A stretch of DNA of 64,000 nucleotides from Methanothrix sp. (GTDB taxonomy: Archaea; Halobacteriota; Methanosarcinia; Methanotrichales; Methanotrichaceae). The stretch is from assembly GCA_963682135.1 (NCBI GenBank), contig OY821645.1, positions 1,600,001-1,664,000 on the forward strand, in the 5' to 3' direction. The notes under the pieces were generated by a model. It was not told the origin of the DNA. It searched no databases and saw only the letters and a program-made list of their open reading frames with translations. Positions 9,559-19,762 of this stretch are shown piece after piece; the first letter of the stretch is position 1, and each line of letters opens with the position of its first letter. The translations under genes and the position numbers were made by a program.

Positions 9559-10533
9559 TCACGCCCATGTCACCGCCACATCGTCCGTTCTGTACCCTGG
9601 CCGCACCTTTGACTCCGGCAGCGGCGTCCTCGCCCCGCTCTTCAGCATAATCAGCCCAGTGTAAGCGATCATGCTGCCGTTGTCACCCATGAACTTTCGC
9701 GGCGGCAAAAAGAACCTGGCACCCCTCTCCTCACACATGATGTTGAGCATCTCGCCCAGGCGCTTGTTGGCACCGACGCCTCCCACCAGCATGGCTTCCT
9801 TCTTCTCGGCATGGGCCATAGCCCGCTCCGTGACCTCCACCAGCATGGCGAAGGCCGTCTCTTGCAGGCTGTAGCAGACATCATTCAGATCGTATTTCTT
9901 GGCAGCCTGGGTGGCAGCCGTGGACAGGCCTGAGAAAGAGAGGTCCATGCCCTTCACAGTGTAGGGCAGAGGGATGTACTGCTTGGCCTCGCGGGCCAGC
10001 TCCTCCACCTTGGGCCCGCCCGGATGAGAGAGTCCTACAGAGCGGGCGAACTTGTCGATGGCATTTCCCACGCTGATGTCCAGGGTCTCGCCGAAGATGC
10101 GGTAGCGACCCTGGCGCAAGGCCAGCACCTGGGAGTTGGCTCCGCTTACATAGATTACCGCCGGATCGCGGGCGCCGGATTGCCATTTGCCCACTTCGAT
10201 ATGGGCCACGCAGTGGTTGACGCCCAGAAGTGGTACGCCGAATCGAAGGGAGAGGGTGCGCGCCGCAGTAGCCACGGTGCGCAGGCACGGCCCCAGTCCC
10301 GGACCCTGGGAGAAGGCGATGGCATCTATCAACAAGCCCTGCTGGCGAGAGTGAGCCAGCACCTCGCCCACCACCGTGGCCATGTACTGGGCATGATGCT
10401 GAGCCGCCTCGCGTGGGTGGATGCCGCCTTTGGCCGGGGTGTAAGTGGCGCTCTTCTCGTAGATCACGCCCTGCTCGTCCACCAGGGCGGCGCTGAGGTT
10501 CCAGGCTGTCCCTTCCAGGCCGAATATTATCAT
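9559..10533 (-). CDS. kae1: tRNA N6-threonylcarbamoyltransferase Kae1 (KEOPS)
   Basis: GLEGTA, GGIHPREAA, GPGLGPCL, HCVAHIE, DNGSMIA. Confidence 0.95.
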   Translation of the reverse strand: MIIFGLEGTAWNLSAALVDEQGVIYEKSATYTPAKGGIHPREAAQHHAQYMATVVGEVLAHSRQQGLLIDAIAFSQGPGLGPCLRTVATAARTLSLRFGVPLLGVNHCVAHIEVGKWQSGARDPAVIYVSGANSQVLALRQGRYRIFGETLDISVGNAIDKFARSVGLSHPGGPKVEELAREAKQYIPLPYTVKGMDLSFSGLSTAATQAAKKYDLNDVCYSLQETAFAMLVEVTERAMAHAEKKEAMLVGGVGANKRLGEMLNIMCEERGARFFLPPRKFMGDNGSMIAYTGLIMLKSGARTPLPESKVRPGYRTDDVAVTWA

Positions 10534-11948
10534 AAATAGCCCAGTCCTATGTCTTTTCGGTAACGTATTCCATTGAAACGAATCCGCTTGATGTTGTCAT
10601 AGGCCATGACCCTGGCCTCAGCCAGACTGCGGCCGCGCGCGACGAGGGTCAAAACCCTGCCGCCTGTGGTAAACAGCCTTCTCTTGCCCGCAGCATCCTG
10701 GCCAAAGGCAGTGCCGTTGTGATAGACCAGAACCTCTGGGTCCACCTTCTCCAGGCCGGTGATGGGCATGTTGGTGTAGTGCTCTCCCGGATAGCCCGGT
10801 CGCTCACCCCCGCCCGAGGCCAACGGCTTGATAGCCCGTCCGGAAATGGCGCAAATTCCCAGGCAGAAGTCGCGCGACCATTGCAGCGGCACACAGTCCA
10901 GCTTTCTGTCTAAAACCGCCTCGGATAACTGGTAGAAATCCGTCTCCAGACGGGGTAGAATGACCTGGGTCTCTGGATCGCCCAGACGCACATTGATCTC
11001 CAGTACGCAGGGCTCGCGCTCCTCTGAAATCATCAGTCCGAAGTAGATCACGCCAACGTATTCGTGCCCTGTGGCCTCATGAAAGCCGCGCACCGTGGGC
11101 AGGGCAATTTTGTTCATTATCTTCTGGGTCAGCTCCTCGTCCAGCCAGGGGTGAGGCGAGAAACCACCCATGCCGCCCGTATTGGGATTATTATCTAAGT
11201 TGGGGTTGTTGGAGAGCTTATTGAAGAGCCGGACAGCTACTGCTTCGTCTGTGGAAAAAGCCTGCTTGTAGTCCAGAGCCGACTGGAGCGGCACAGCCGT
11301 CCTGCCGTCGCTAAGGGCAAAGAACATCAACTCACGTCCTTCCAGCCGCTTCTCAATCTCGATTCTCTCCCCAGCCCGGCCAAAGAGCTTGGGGCTGATC
11401 ATGATGCGCTCGATTGTTGACAGGGCCTCCTCTTCTGTGCAGCAAACTACAGAGCCCTTTCCTGCGGCCAGACCGTCCGCCTTGATCACCAGGCCCTGGG
11501 CGGGATTTTCCGAGCAGAACTGATGGACGTACTCTCCGGCAGCTAGCGGGTCATCGAAATTTTTGCAGGGCGGCACGGGAACATTCAGGCTCTTAAGGAG
11601 ATCCTTGGTCCTGCACTTGCTGTTCTCCAGGATGGCAGCTTCCTTCTTGGGCCCCAGGATTCTCTGGCCTTCTTCCTGGAATATATTGACAATACCGTCG
11701 GATAGGTACCCCTCCGGACCCACAAAAGTCATATCAATATTTTCTTGCTTTGCAAAAGCCAGCATTTCGAGAATGGTCTTGGGAGGCTTGCCTTGCACTG
11801 TTGCCAGGCGGCACTTCTCGATCATCTCGCTACCAGCATTGCCGGGAGAGACGAATACCGCCTCCACGTCGCCGCTTCGGGCAAAGGCATGGGCTATGGC
11901 ATTTCCCCTGCCGCCCGCGTCCACTACGAAAACTCTTTTGCCGGACAT
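10530..11948 (-). CDS. purD: Phosphoribosylamine-glycine ligase
   Basis: AGGRGNA, PGNAG, KADGLAAGKG, NTGGMG, EINVRLGDPE, TGGRVL; start moved to MSGKRVF. Confidence 0.93.
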   Translation of the reverse strand: MSGKRVFVVDAGGRGNAIAHAFARSGDVEAVFVSPGNAGSEMIEKCRLATVQGKPPKTILEMLAFAKQENIDMTFVGPEGYLSDGIVNIFQEEGQRILGPKKEAAILENSKCRTKDLLKSLNVPVPPCKNFDDPLAAGEYVHQFCSENPAQGLVIKADGLAAGKGSVVCCTEEEALSTIERIMISPKLFGRAGERIEIEKRLEGRELMFFALSDGRTAVPLQSALDYKQAFSTDEAVAVRLFNKLSNNPNLDNNPNTGGMGGFSPHPWLDEELTQKIMNKIALPTVRGFHEATGHEYVGVIYFGLMISEEREPCVLEINVRLGDPETQVILPRLETDFYQLSEAVLDRKLDCVPLQWSRDFCLGICAISGRAIKPLASGGGERPGYPGEHYTNMPITGLEKVDPEVLVYHNGTAFGQDAAGKRRLFTTGGRVLTLVARGRSLAEARVMAYDNIKRIRFNGIRYRKDIGLGYL

Positions 11949-12130
11949 CAAATCCCTTATGAATAGTATAACCCTAGATAAGCATAATTGCTGCCGCAAG
12001 AATTGCTGTACAGGAAGTTGATATGGCCAGAATAGCTTTCCACCCATCGGATAGCTATATAAAACGCAAGGTTGAGCCAGATCCGTAAATATAATGATCT
12101 GCAAAAAAATGTGCAGGAGATGATAATACA

Positions 12131-13456
12131 GTGTACTCACAGGAGCAGGTGCTTAAGATCGTTCAGGAGAAAAACGTGGAGTTTCTCCGGCTACAGTTCA
12201 CGGATATATCAGGAATAGTGAAAAATGTGGCCATTCCCGCCACCCAGATAGGAAAAGCCTTGAAGAGCGGCATATCATTTGACGGCTCTTCTATTGAGGG
12301 TTTTGCCAGGATCCAGGAGTCGGATATGGTCCTGCAACCAGACCTCTCTACTTTCAGCATCCTTCCCTGGCGCACCAAGGACGGGTCCAATGAGGCCCGG
12401 TTGATATGCGATGTGTTTTTACCGAGCGGACAACCCTTTGAGGGAGATCCCCGTCGTGTCCTTCGCCAGCAACTCGAAAAAGCCCAGGAGATGGGCTTTA
12501 GCATGAATGTCGGTCCGGAGCTGGAGTTCTTCCTATTTGAAAAGCAAAATGGCGGCTCAGCTACCATCCCGCACGACTTTGGAGGCTACTTCGATCTTGG
12601 TCCCGTAGACCTGGCCGAGGATGTGCGTCGCGAGATCATCCGGGCTCTGACGCAGATGGGCTTTACCATTGAGGCTTCCCATCACGAGGTTGCCAAGGGT
12701 CAGCACGAGATCGACTTTGTCTATGACGATGCTCTGAAGAATGCCGACAAGGTAGTGACCTTCAAGTATGTCACAAAGACTATCGCCATGAGGGAGGGGC
12801 TGCGTGCCACTTTCATGCCCAAGCCAATTTATGGTGCAGCCGGCACGGGAATGCATGCCAACATCTCGCTATTTAGGGGTGGAGAGAATGCGTTCTTCGA
12901 TCCCGAGACAAAGACGGGCATAAGCGATCTGGCCCGGTTCTTCGTTGGGGGCTTGATCGAGCACGCCTGTGCCATAACCGCTATTGCTAATCCCCTTATT
13001 AACTCATATAAGCGATTAGTCTCGGGTTTTGAGGCACCAGTCTATATCACCTGGTCTGGGCCTAACCGCTCTTCCCTCATTCGCATTCCAGCCGGTCGGG
13101 GTCTATCCACGCGCCTGGAGTTCCGCTCGCCTGATCCTACCTGCAATCCTTATCTGACCTTTGCAGTAATCCTGGCGGCTGGTATGGATGGGATCAAGAG
13201 AGGTATTGATCCAGGAGATCCGGTTGATCTGAATGTCTATCATCTCAGCCCTGCCGAGCGCAAATCAATGGGCATCAAGACCCTACCTGCCAATCTCAAA
13301 GAGGCCCTGGACTATCTTGAAGCGGATAGTGTCATACGTGGGGCTTTGGGAGAGCATGTTTTCGAGAACATCATGCGCCTGGGCCTACTGGAGTGGGAGG
13401 CTTACAACACCTATGTCCATCCCTGGGAAATTGAGCGGTATATCAATGCATTTTGA
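12131..13456 (+). CDS. glnA: Glutamine synthetase type I
   Basis: FDGSSI, ESDM, GPELEFF, HHEVA, FMPKP, LEFRSPD. Confidence 0.97.
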   Translation: MYSQEQVLKIVQEKNVEFLRLQFTDISGIVKNVAIPATQIGKALKSGISFDGSSIEGFARIQESDMVLQPDLSTFSILPWRTKDGSNEARLICDVFLPSGQPFEGDPRRVLRQQLEKAQEMGFSMNVGPELEFFLFEKQNGGSATIPHDFGGYFDLGPVDLAEDVRREIIRALTQMGFTIEASHHEVAKGQHEIDFVYDDALKNADKVVTFKYVTKTIAMREGLRATFMPKPIYGAAGTGMHANISLFRGGENAFFDPETKTGISDLARFFVGGLIEHACAITAIANPLINSYKRLVSGFEAPVYITWSGPNRSSLIRIPAGRGLSTRLEFRSPDPTCNPYLTFAVILAAGMDGIKRGIDPGDPVDLNVYHLSPAERKSMGIKTLPANLKEALDYLEADSVIRGALGEHVFENIMRLGLLEWEAYNTYVHPWEIERYINAF

Positions 13457-13585
13457 GGGGCACCTGCTGCCCCTATCATCTATTTTTCCGGGACGTTTTT
13501 CTTGTTGGGTTGATCCTCGTCTCCTTTGAATTTATTGTTAAATGCATGCGCCGGGGCTCTCTGGCAAGCGGCCAATCGAAACGTA

Positions 13586-13592
13586 TTTATAT
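13586..13592 (+). promoter_or_regulatory. TATA box of the tRNA-Lys/tRNA-Trp pair
   Basis: TTTATAT preceded by CGAAA (BRE-like), ~22 bp upstream of the tRNA 5' end. Confidence 0.55.
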
Positions 13593-13614
13593 GGCATCAA
13601 CATTGGGAGAGTCC

Positions 13615-13688
13615 GGGCCGGTAGCTTAGTCAGGCAGAGCGAAAGGCTCTTAACCTTTAGGTCGGGGGTTCAAATCCCTCTCGGCCCG
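13615..13688 (+). tRNA. tRNA-Lys(CTT)
   Basis: Acceptor GGGCCGG/TCGGCCC, anticodon arm AAAGG-CT-CTT-AA-CCTTT, T-loop GTTCAAATC. Confidence 0.95.
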
Positions 13689-13701
13689 CTTTAAAACAAC
13701 C

Positions 13702-13909
13702 GGGGCTGTGGCCTAGTCAGGTAGGGCGATGGGCTCCAGCGGTATAATTTGATGATGAGCAACGGGTCTACTGAGATCTCTCGACGGGGAGGTCGTTGAT
13801 GATCCGTTGGAGCACTGAAATGAGCTGTTATCAGCCACCGATTTCCGGCTGTATGCACTTCAGTATCGGAGATACCCGTCGATCGTGAGTTCGAATCTCA
13901 CCAGCCCCA
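13702..13909 (+). tRNA. tRNA-Trp(CCA) with ~134-nt intron at 37/38
   Basis: Acceptor GGGGCTG/CAGCCCC, ATGGG-CT-CCA-G[intron]A-CCCGT, T-arm GTGAG-TTCGAAT-CTCAC. Confidence 0.92.
13740..13873 (+). ncRNA. Intron-encoded box C/D guide RNA of pre-tRNA-Trp
   Basis: TGATGA / CTGA / TGATGA / CTGA boxes; guides ACGGGTCT and TGGAGC complementary to the tRNA anticodon arm. Confidence 0.88.
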
Positions 13910-13942
13910 CCTATTTATTTTTATATCTTCCATTTTGCTCGC

Positions 13943-15013
13943 TGTAGAGTCCTAAAAGCTTGGCATTTATATACTCAAGCACTTCAAGGCGGCATGGGCA
14001 AGGGCAGAAAGAACAAAGTTTTAAAGCTGACCGCTGCCAAGGTTAACTACATAATCCGAAAAAAAACCAATAACATCAGCTCTAAAATCATTGCTGAAGA
14101 TATAAAGGTTAGTATCCGCACAGTAAATCGTGTCTGGGGACACTGGATGAAGAATAAGGAGCCATTGGCACCAAAAAAGTTCGGGCGCCCAAAGAAGAGT
14201 CTTGGCGAGTCAGACGTTAATCTAATTCTTGAAATCCACAAAGAGCAAAATTCCGGCGCAAGGCTTATCGAGAAAATAATTGAACAAAGATATGGCAGAC
14301 ATATTCCGCATAACGCGATCCATCAAGTCCTTCTTGAAAAAGGTTTGGCCAATGAGGATAAACAAAAAAAGAAACGTAGGAAGCCTTGGATAAGATACGA
14401 ACGAAAGCACAGTCTCACCGCAGTTCATCTTGATTGGCACACCAGTCGATTCAATGGCAAAGAGGTCTGCGTGGTTCTTGATGACAGCTCTCGATTCATT
14501 CTTGCAGGCGGAGAATTTTCTGCTGCAACTACCGATAACAGCATAGCGCTTGTAAGAAGAGCGATTGATGATTTTGGAGAGATTCGGAAAATCAAAGAGG
14601 TGATCACAGATCATGGATCGCAATTCTTTGCCAACAAGTCTGACAAAAACGGGGAGTCAGAATGTGCTTTCGGACTATTCCTGGCGGATAACAAGATAAA
14701 ACATATCCTAGCGCGAGTCAAGCATCCTCAGACCAATGGCAAAATCGAAAAATGGTTTCATACTTACGAGAAAAGCAGGAAATTGTTTGATGATTTTGAC
14801 AAATTTTTGAATTGGTACAACTCAATAAGGTATCATGAAAGTCTTGAGGAAAAACACTATCTTCAGACGCCAGAAGATGCTTTTTGGTCTAGATTGCCAA
14901 ACGGCTGTAAGTTGAATTTATTCCTGTCTCGAATGGAGAGAGATTTTAATGCAGCTAGGTAGATTTAAAAAGAATCGCGGGGTATATAAATGCCAAAGAT
15001 TCGGGACTCTACA
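13943..15013 (+). mobile_element. IS481-family insertion sequence, complete
   Basis: Termini TGTAGAGTCC...TTGGCATTTATATAC / GTATATAAATGCCAA...GGACTCTACA; flanked by direct repeat CTTCCATTTTGCTCGC (13927-13942, 15014-15029). Confidence 0.92.
13994..14962 (+). CDS. IS481-family DDE transposase
   Basis: N-terminal HTH; HLDW, LDDSSR, TDHGSQF, PQTNGKIE. Confidence 0.92.
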   Translation: MGKGRKNKVLKLTAAKVNYIIRKKTNNISSKIIAEDIKVSIRTVNRVWGHWMKNKEPLAPKKFGRPKKSLGESDVNLILEIHKEQNSGARLIEKIIEQRYGRHIPHNAIHQVLLEKGLANEDKQKKKRRKPWIRYERKHSLTAVHLDWHTSRFNGKEVCVVLDDSSRFILAGGEFSAATTDNSIALVRRAIDDFGEIRKIKEVITDHGSQFFANKSDKNGESECAFGLFLADNKIKHILARVKHPQTNGKIEKWFHTYEKSRKLFDDFDKFLNWYNSIRYHESLEEKHYLQTPEDAFWSRLPNGCKLNLFLSRMERDFNAAR

Positions 15014-15075
15014 CTTCCATTTTGCTCGCCACAGCGTTTAAATATCCTCTGCGCGGTCCCTTGAAGGGTGCCGAG

Positions 15076-15384
15076 ATGTATAGGGATATCCTCACCATGT
15101 GCTGGTCAATTAAAGAGGTTAATAAGAACCTCACCGACAGGAAGTCGACATCCGACTTCTCCATAAGATACCTAAAAAACGCATGCTCTGTTCTGGCAGA
15201 ACTGATGCGAAAGATGAGCAAAACCATGCCCGATGAGGCCCTCAATGTTGTCGATAAGATGGGCAAAAAGAAGAGCATTGCACTGCATGAAGTGGCAGAT
15301 ATGCTTTATGACCCTCGAAAGATAGTGGAATTAAACCTGATCGACAATATTAGCCGATGGGCAAAAGCTCGCATGACCGCCTGA
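15076..15384 (+). CDS. Hypothetical protein
   Basis: 102-aa ORF with GGGTG RBS-like element, upstream TTTAAATA and downstream T-tract. Confidence 0.65.
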   Translation: MYRDILTMCWSIKEVNKNLTDRKSTSDFSIRYLKNACSVLAELMRKMSKTMPDEALNVVDKMGKKKSIALHEVADMLYDPRKIVELNLIDNISRWAKARMTA

Positions 15385-15614
15385 CGCTCAGAACGAACAC
15401 GAAACACAGGAGCGTCTTTTTCTTTAGATATTTTTGCGCGCCTCAGAACTCATAGGGCTCATCATAGCATCAGAGCATGCTGTATCATCATCGGCGTCGC
15501 TATTCTGGCTACGTGCCCCGTCTTTCTAACAACGATATCGGCTTTATCAATTTATCCGTGGTCCTCCGGCCTTAGGACAAGTTTGATCTGGCAAGCACTC
15601 TTGAGCGCAGGAAT

Positions 15615-16469
15615 ATGGTGCGTTTAGGAGTGCACGTTTCCGTTGCAGGAGGCGTAGATCTAGCAGTATCTCGTGCTCGCGAAAAAGGCTGTGACGCATT
15701 TCAGATCTTCTCTTCCAATCCGCGTAAATGGAGAACAAATCCCATTCCCTACGAATCAGCAAAGCGATTTATTGCCCTGCAAAGGCAGTATGGCATCTTT
15801 CCGGCGGTTGACCACATGCCCTATCTTCCTAACCTTGCCTCTGCAAACGATGAGGTTTACACTAAATCGGTGCAGTCCCTCGCGAAGGAACTGGAACGAT
15901 GTCAGGTTTTAGGTATACCGTATCTTGTAACTCATATGGGAAGTCACATGGGCAGTGGTCGGAAGAGCGGGCTTGCCAGGATTGCAGGCGCATTGCAGAC
16001 CGTCTTTTCGAAGTGCGAAAGCGATACCATCCTGCTCTTGGAGAACAGCGCGGGTACAAATAACAGCATGGGTAGCACTTTTTCGGATGTTGCTGCCGTC
16101 TTAGAATCCCAGCCATCCAATCATCATCGTTTGGGTGTATGCCTGGACACTTGCCATCTTCATGCAGCTGGATATGATTTACGTACCTCTTCAGCTCTGC
16201 AGGCAACGCTGGATCAGTTCGATGATTGCATTGGGCTGGAGAGACTTAAGCTCATTCATCTCAACGATTGCCGAGGCGCCATGGGCTCTCATCTGGATCG
16301 GCATGAGCATATCGGCCTCGGGCTGATAGGTGAAGAAGGCTTTCGCGCCATTCTTTGCCATCCCATTCTTGCCGATCTGGCCATGATCCTGGAGACGCCG
16401 TTGGATGCTCGCCGGGATGATAGAGGGAATCTGGAAGTAGCGAGGCATCTCGCCTCAGGGATAAAATAG
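15615..16469 (+). CDS. nfo: Endonuclease IV
   Basis: LGVHVS, HMPYLPNL, LLENSAG, CLDTCH, HLND, DRHEHIG, ILETP. Confidence 0.93.
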   Translation: MVRLGVHVSVAGGVDLAVSRAREKGCDAFQIFSSNPRKWRTNPIPYESAKRFIALQRQYGIFPAVDHMPYLPNLASANDEVYTKSVQSLAKELERCQVLGIPYLVTHMGSHMGSGRKSGLARIAGALQTVFSKCESDTILLLENSAGTNNSMGSTFSDVAAVLESQPSNHHRLGVCLDTCHLHAAGYDLRTSSALQATLDQFDDCIGLERLKLIHLNDCRGAMGSHLDRHEHIGLGLIGEEGFRAILCHPILADLAMILETPLDARRDDRGNLEVARHLASGIK

Positions 16470-16847
16470 CTTCTCGATGACCAGCATCAAAGCGTTATTG
16501 GAGATGGGCTTGACCAGGTAGCTGCCCGCCCCCAGATCGTAGCTCTTCTGGATATCTTGATCCTCATTTGATCCGGTAAGAATGACCACGGGTATCTCCC
16601 GAAGATTATCATCTTTCTTTATGCGGGTAAGAAGATCTATGCCGCTGATATCGGGTAGATTGATGTCCAGCAAGATCAGTTGGGGCAAATCTGCTTTGCT
16701 CCTATTTTGCAGAGCTGCAAGGGCTTCTTTACCGCTGGAGGCAATAATTAGACCACTATTCAGCTTATTGTGCAATAATACGCGCTTTGTTACGGCTGCA
16801 TCCTCAAGATTGTCCTCAACCAGCAGTATCCTTATTTCTAAGTCCAT
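16455..16847 (-). CDS. Single-domain response regulator (CheY-like)
   Basis: ILLVEDN, LILLDINLP, VILT, YLVKP; GGTGA RBS before MDLEIR. Confidence 0.9.
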   Translation of the reverse strand: MDLEIRILLVEDNLEDAAVTKRVLLHNKLNSGLIIASSGKEALAALQNRSKADLPQLILLDINLPDISGIDLLTRIKKDDNLREIPVVILTGSNEDQDIQKSYDLGAGSYLVKPISNNALMLVIEKLFYP

Positions 16848-17152
16848 AGATTCACCTGGGGCCATTTGCCCACTCTTCCCCGTTAACATCATTAAAGCCA
16901 TGATGTCGTTGCAACTACCCACAAAAATAGTTTTCCCACTGATCGGAGTCTCTCATTCTTATCGACACCCCTTGCGATCAACCCTGTATCTCAATCCGGT
17001 GCATGCAACCATCTTCGTTCAAATTCCATACATCTTATGAAATTATGAATATTTAACACCTGCAGTGGTACTGATTTTCAATCAGGGGCACGTCTTTGAT
17101 GGAGTATGATCCTCGTTCATTCTTATCTTTATTTTGAGTGAGATGAATCCGC

Positions 17153-18076
17153 TTAGGTTTTATCCTCCAGGCTTCTTTTTACGCGCCCACTGGTGAGAAG
17201 GGCAACCCGGCTCAGGGGCACGTCTGCCTCCAGATCATAGCCCAGGGCCTCACCCAAGGCACGAGCGAATTCCAGGATCTCGTAGTGCTGCGGCATGGCC
17301 TCTCTTTCCAGGCGGTCTCGGGAGCGGCCCAGGTGCATGTAGGCTTTCACCTCTACGAAGTCCGGCTCGGCCTTCGCGATTAGGCGGGCGTAGTCCTCCG
17401 GACGTTCCATATTCAGGCCGCGAGCAAGAGTCATGCGGATCACACTACGGCTACGGTGTTGGCTGATGATCTCCAGGCTCTCCTGGATTCTTTGCCAGAA
17501 CGCGGCCGCTGGCCGGCAGACCCGCCGGTACATTTCTTCGTCGGGAGCATTGAGGCTCAAGTAGAGCTGCGTCGGCTGCAGCTGCGCCAGTACCTCTGGA
17601 TTTGTGGCATTGCTCACCACAAATGAGGTCATGCCTCTCTTGCGTATCAGACCGAGAAGCTCTTTCAGATAAGGATAAAGGGTCGGCTCGCCCATGAGGG
17701 AGAGGGCCACATGCCTGGGCTCGCGCGCCTCAGCGAGCCTTGCCGGGTCCGTGGTCTTGGCTCCGCCGTAGCCGGAGAGAAACTTCATCTGGCCGAGTAG
17801 GATGCCTTCCAGCAGTTCTGCCGGCTCCAAAGGTTCAGTCCCGGGCAGCGGATCGTCTATCGGCCTCCAGCAATGCAGGCATTGGTGGTTGCACTCCAGG
17901 GTGGGCGTCATCTGTACGCAGCGATGACTGGAGATGCCATAGAAGTGGTGCTTGTAGCACTGGTCCCCGCCTCGCATGGCTCGGCTCAGCCAGAGGCAGG
18001 GCTTGACGGCTCCGCCGCCGACCAGGTGGTAGCCCTGGCGGGCGAGGGTCTGTGTAACTTGATTCTCAGATTGCAT
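17153..18076 (-). CDS. taw1: 4-demethylwyosine synthase Tyw1/Taw1 (radical SAM)
   Basis: VKPCLW, CYKHHFYGISSHRCVQMTP, CNHQCLHCWR, GEPTLYP, VEVKAYMHLG. Confidence 0.93.
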   Translation of the reverse strand: MQSENQVTQTLARQGYHLVGGGAVKPCLWLSRAMRGGDQCYKHHFYGISSHRCVQMTPTLECNHQCLHCWRPIDDPLPGTEPLEPAELLEGILLGQMKFLSGYGGAKTTDPARLAEAREPRHVALSLMGEPTLYPYLKELLGLIRKRGMTSFVVSNATNPEVLAQLQPTQLYLSLNAPDEEMYRRVCRPAAAFWQRIQESLEIISQHRSRSVIRMTLARGLNMERPEDYARLIAKAEPDFVEVKAYMHLGRSRDRLEREAMPQHYEILEFARALGEALGYDLEADVPLSRVALLTSGRVKRSLEDKT

Positions 18077-18184
18077 TCCAGGTGAAAAAAGAATATTCGC
18101 AGATATATAGCTAGTGTATCCGGGTGTTGTGCCTTTCCTATATAGCAAAGAATAAGATCCAACAGTCGCAAAGGCGCTACTAAG

Positions 18185-19675
18185 ATGCTCTGGCGATCTC
18201 TTGCATTGACGGCCGTTGTGGCGATAGTGGCTGTCTGCGTATCCAGCGCCCAGCAGGTTATCCCAGCTTCGGAGATAATAGCAGAATTAGCTGGCAATGA
18301 GCCCATTTATTACGATGGCGTTTCCATCTCCGGCGACCTGGATCTTCGCTTGCTTCCTGGTGCGCGGGTTTCCAACTCCTTCGCGCTTACCAACTCATCC
18401 CTCGTCAACGCCTCCTTTTCCGGCGTCACCTTTGCGAAGGAGGCAGTCTTCTGGGGCAGCACCTTCGCCAACGCCAGCTTTGAGAAAGCCAGCTTTCTGG
18501 GCCAGGCCGACTTCGCGAACACCAGCTTTGCCAACGCCAGCTTTTCCTCTGCCTCCTTCGAGGAGCCTGCTCTCTTTGACGAGGCGATCTTTCGGGACAA
18601 TGTGAGCTTTGAGGATGCACTCTTCGCCAAGGACGCCTTCTTTAGCCAGGCCCTATTCTCGAAAAATGCCTACTTCAATTACTCCGATTTCGCCTCGTAC
18701 TCTTATTTCCCGGCGGCGCAGTTTCTGGGTGATGCTCTCTTCTCGGACGTCGATTTTTCGGGTGCCCTGGACTTTTCCGCCGCGACGGTCGCCGGGCGGG
18801 CCAACTTCTTCCAGTCCCGCTTCAATAGCGCCGGCTTTTCCAATGCAGTATTTTACGGCCCAGTCCACTTCGGCCTGGCCAGCTTCTCCGGCCTCTCCTC
18901 CTTTGGCGAAGCAGTCTTTGCCGATGAGGCGAATTTTAATCTGGCCCGCTTTTCCCAGGCAGCCTACTTCTCGGGAGCTGAGTTTCGGGGGCTTGCCCTC
19001 TTCGGCCTGACCAAATTCGAAGACATCGCCAGTTTGCAGAACGCCAGGTTCGATGATGATCTCAATTTCAAAGGAGGCTCTATCTCCACCATCCTTTTGG
19101 ATAAGGCAGAATTCTCCAGGAATTCTCGCATTATCCTGAACGACACCGACTTTGCTCGCTTCAAAGCCCACTGGAATGAGATAGAAAAACATGTGGTTTG
19201 GGACCCGGGGGCCTATCTGGCGCTTGTCAATAATTACCACGGCCTGGGTTGGTCAGCAGACGAAGACGACTGCTACTATCAATACCGAAGCCAGAGTCAG
19301 GCCGCAAAGCAATGGGGCTGGTCCAAGATCATCGACATCCTGGCCTGGCTATCCTGCGGCTACGGGGTGCGCCCTAGCTATGCTGTGCTCTGGTCGCTCA
19401 TGACCATACTGGCTTTTGGGCTCTTATTTTGGAGAGGGGATGGTATCCGTCGCTCTGCCAAGCCGCTCTATGAGCCCGCAGAAGTAGACCGCCTGCCCGA
19501 ACATGTCACATTGCGTAACGCCCTCTTCTTCAGCACCATGGTTTTTCTCTCTCAGGGGCCTATCGACTTTCTGCCCGTGGGCAAAAACAGATATTACGTC
19601 ATCCTGGAAGGAATTTTGGGCTGGCTGCTGCTGGCGCTCTTCCTGGTGACCCTGGGCCGAGTCATGATCCGGTAA
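18185..19675 (+). CDS. Secreted pentapeptide-repeat protein with C-terminal 2TM/pore-like membrane domain
   Basis: Signal peptide; (A/V)xFxx repeats; CGYGVRP-TM, LFFSTMVFLSQG, EGILGW-TM. Confidence 0.85.
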   Translation: MLWRSLALTAVVAIVAVCVSSAQQVIPASEIIAELAGNEPIYYDGVSISGDLDLRLLPGARVSNSFALTNSSLVNASFSGVTFAKEAVFWGSTFANASFEKASFLGQADFANTSFANASFSSASFEEPALFDEAIFRDNVSFEDALFAKDAFFSQALFSKNAYFNYSDFASYSYFPAAQFLGDALFSDVDFSGALDFSAATVAGRANFFQSRFNSAGFSNAVFYGPVHFGLASFSGLSSFGEAVFADEANFNLARFSQAAYFSGAEFRGLALFGLTKFEDIASLQNARFDDDLNFKGGSISTILLDKAEFSRNSRIILNDTDFARFKAHWNEIEKHVVWDPGAYLALVNNYHGLGWSADEDDCYYQYRSQSQAAKQWGWSKIIDILAWLSCGYGVRPSYAVLWSLMTILAFGLLFWRGDGIRRSAKPLYEPAEVDRLPEHVTLRNALFFSTMVFLSQGPIDFLPVGKNRYYVILEGILGWLLLALFLVTLGRVMIR

Positions 19676-19762
19676 TACATAATTTGGCAGGGCAAATACA
19701 AAAGTGGTGACTTCCTCCCTTACCCAACGCTATAAATCCTGGGCCATCTTTGCATTGGACCA

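Noticed and set aside
11960-12130. NrpR operator upstream of glnA
   Set aside because: No GGAA-N6-TTCC match; the closest is AGAA-N5-TTCC.
11949-12140. N-terminal extension of PurD
   Set aside because: Spans the purD/glnA divergent promoter; no homology before MSGKRVF.
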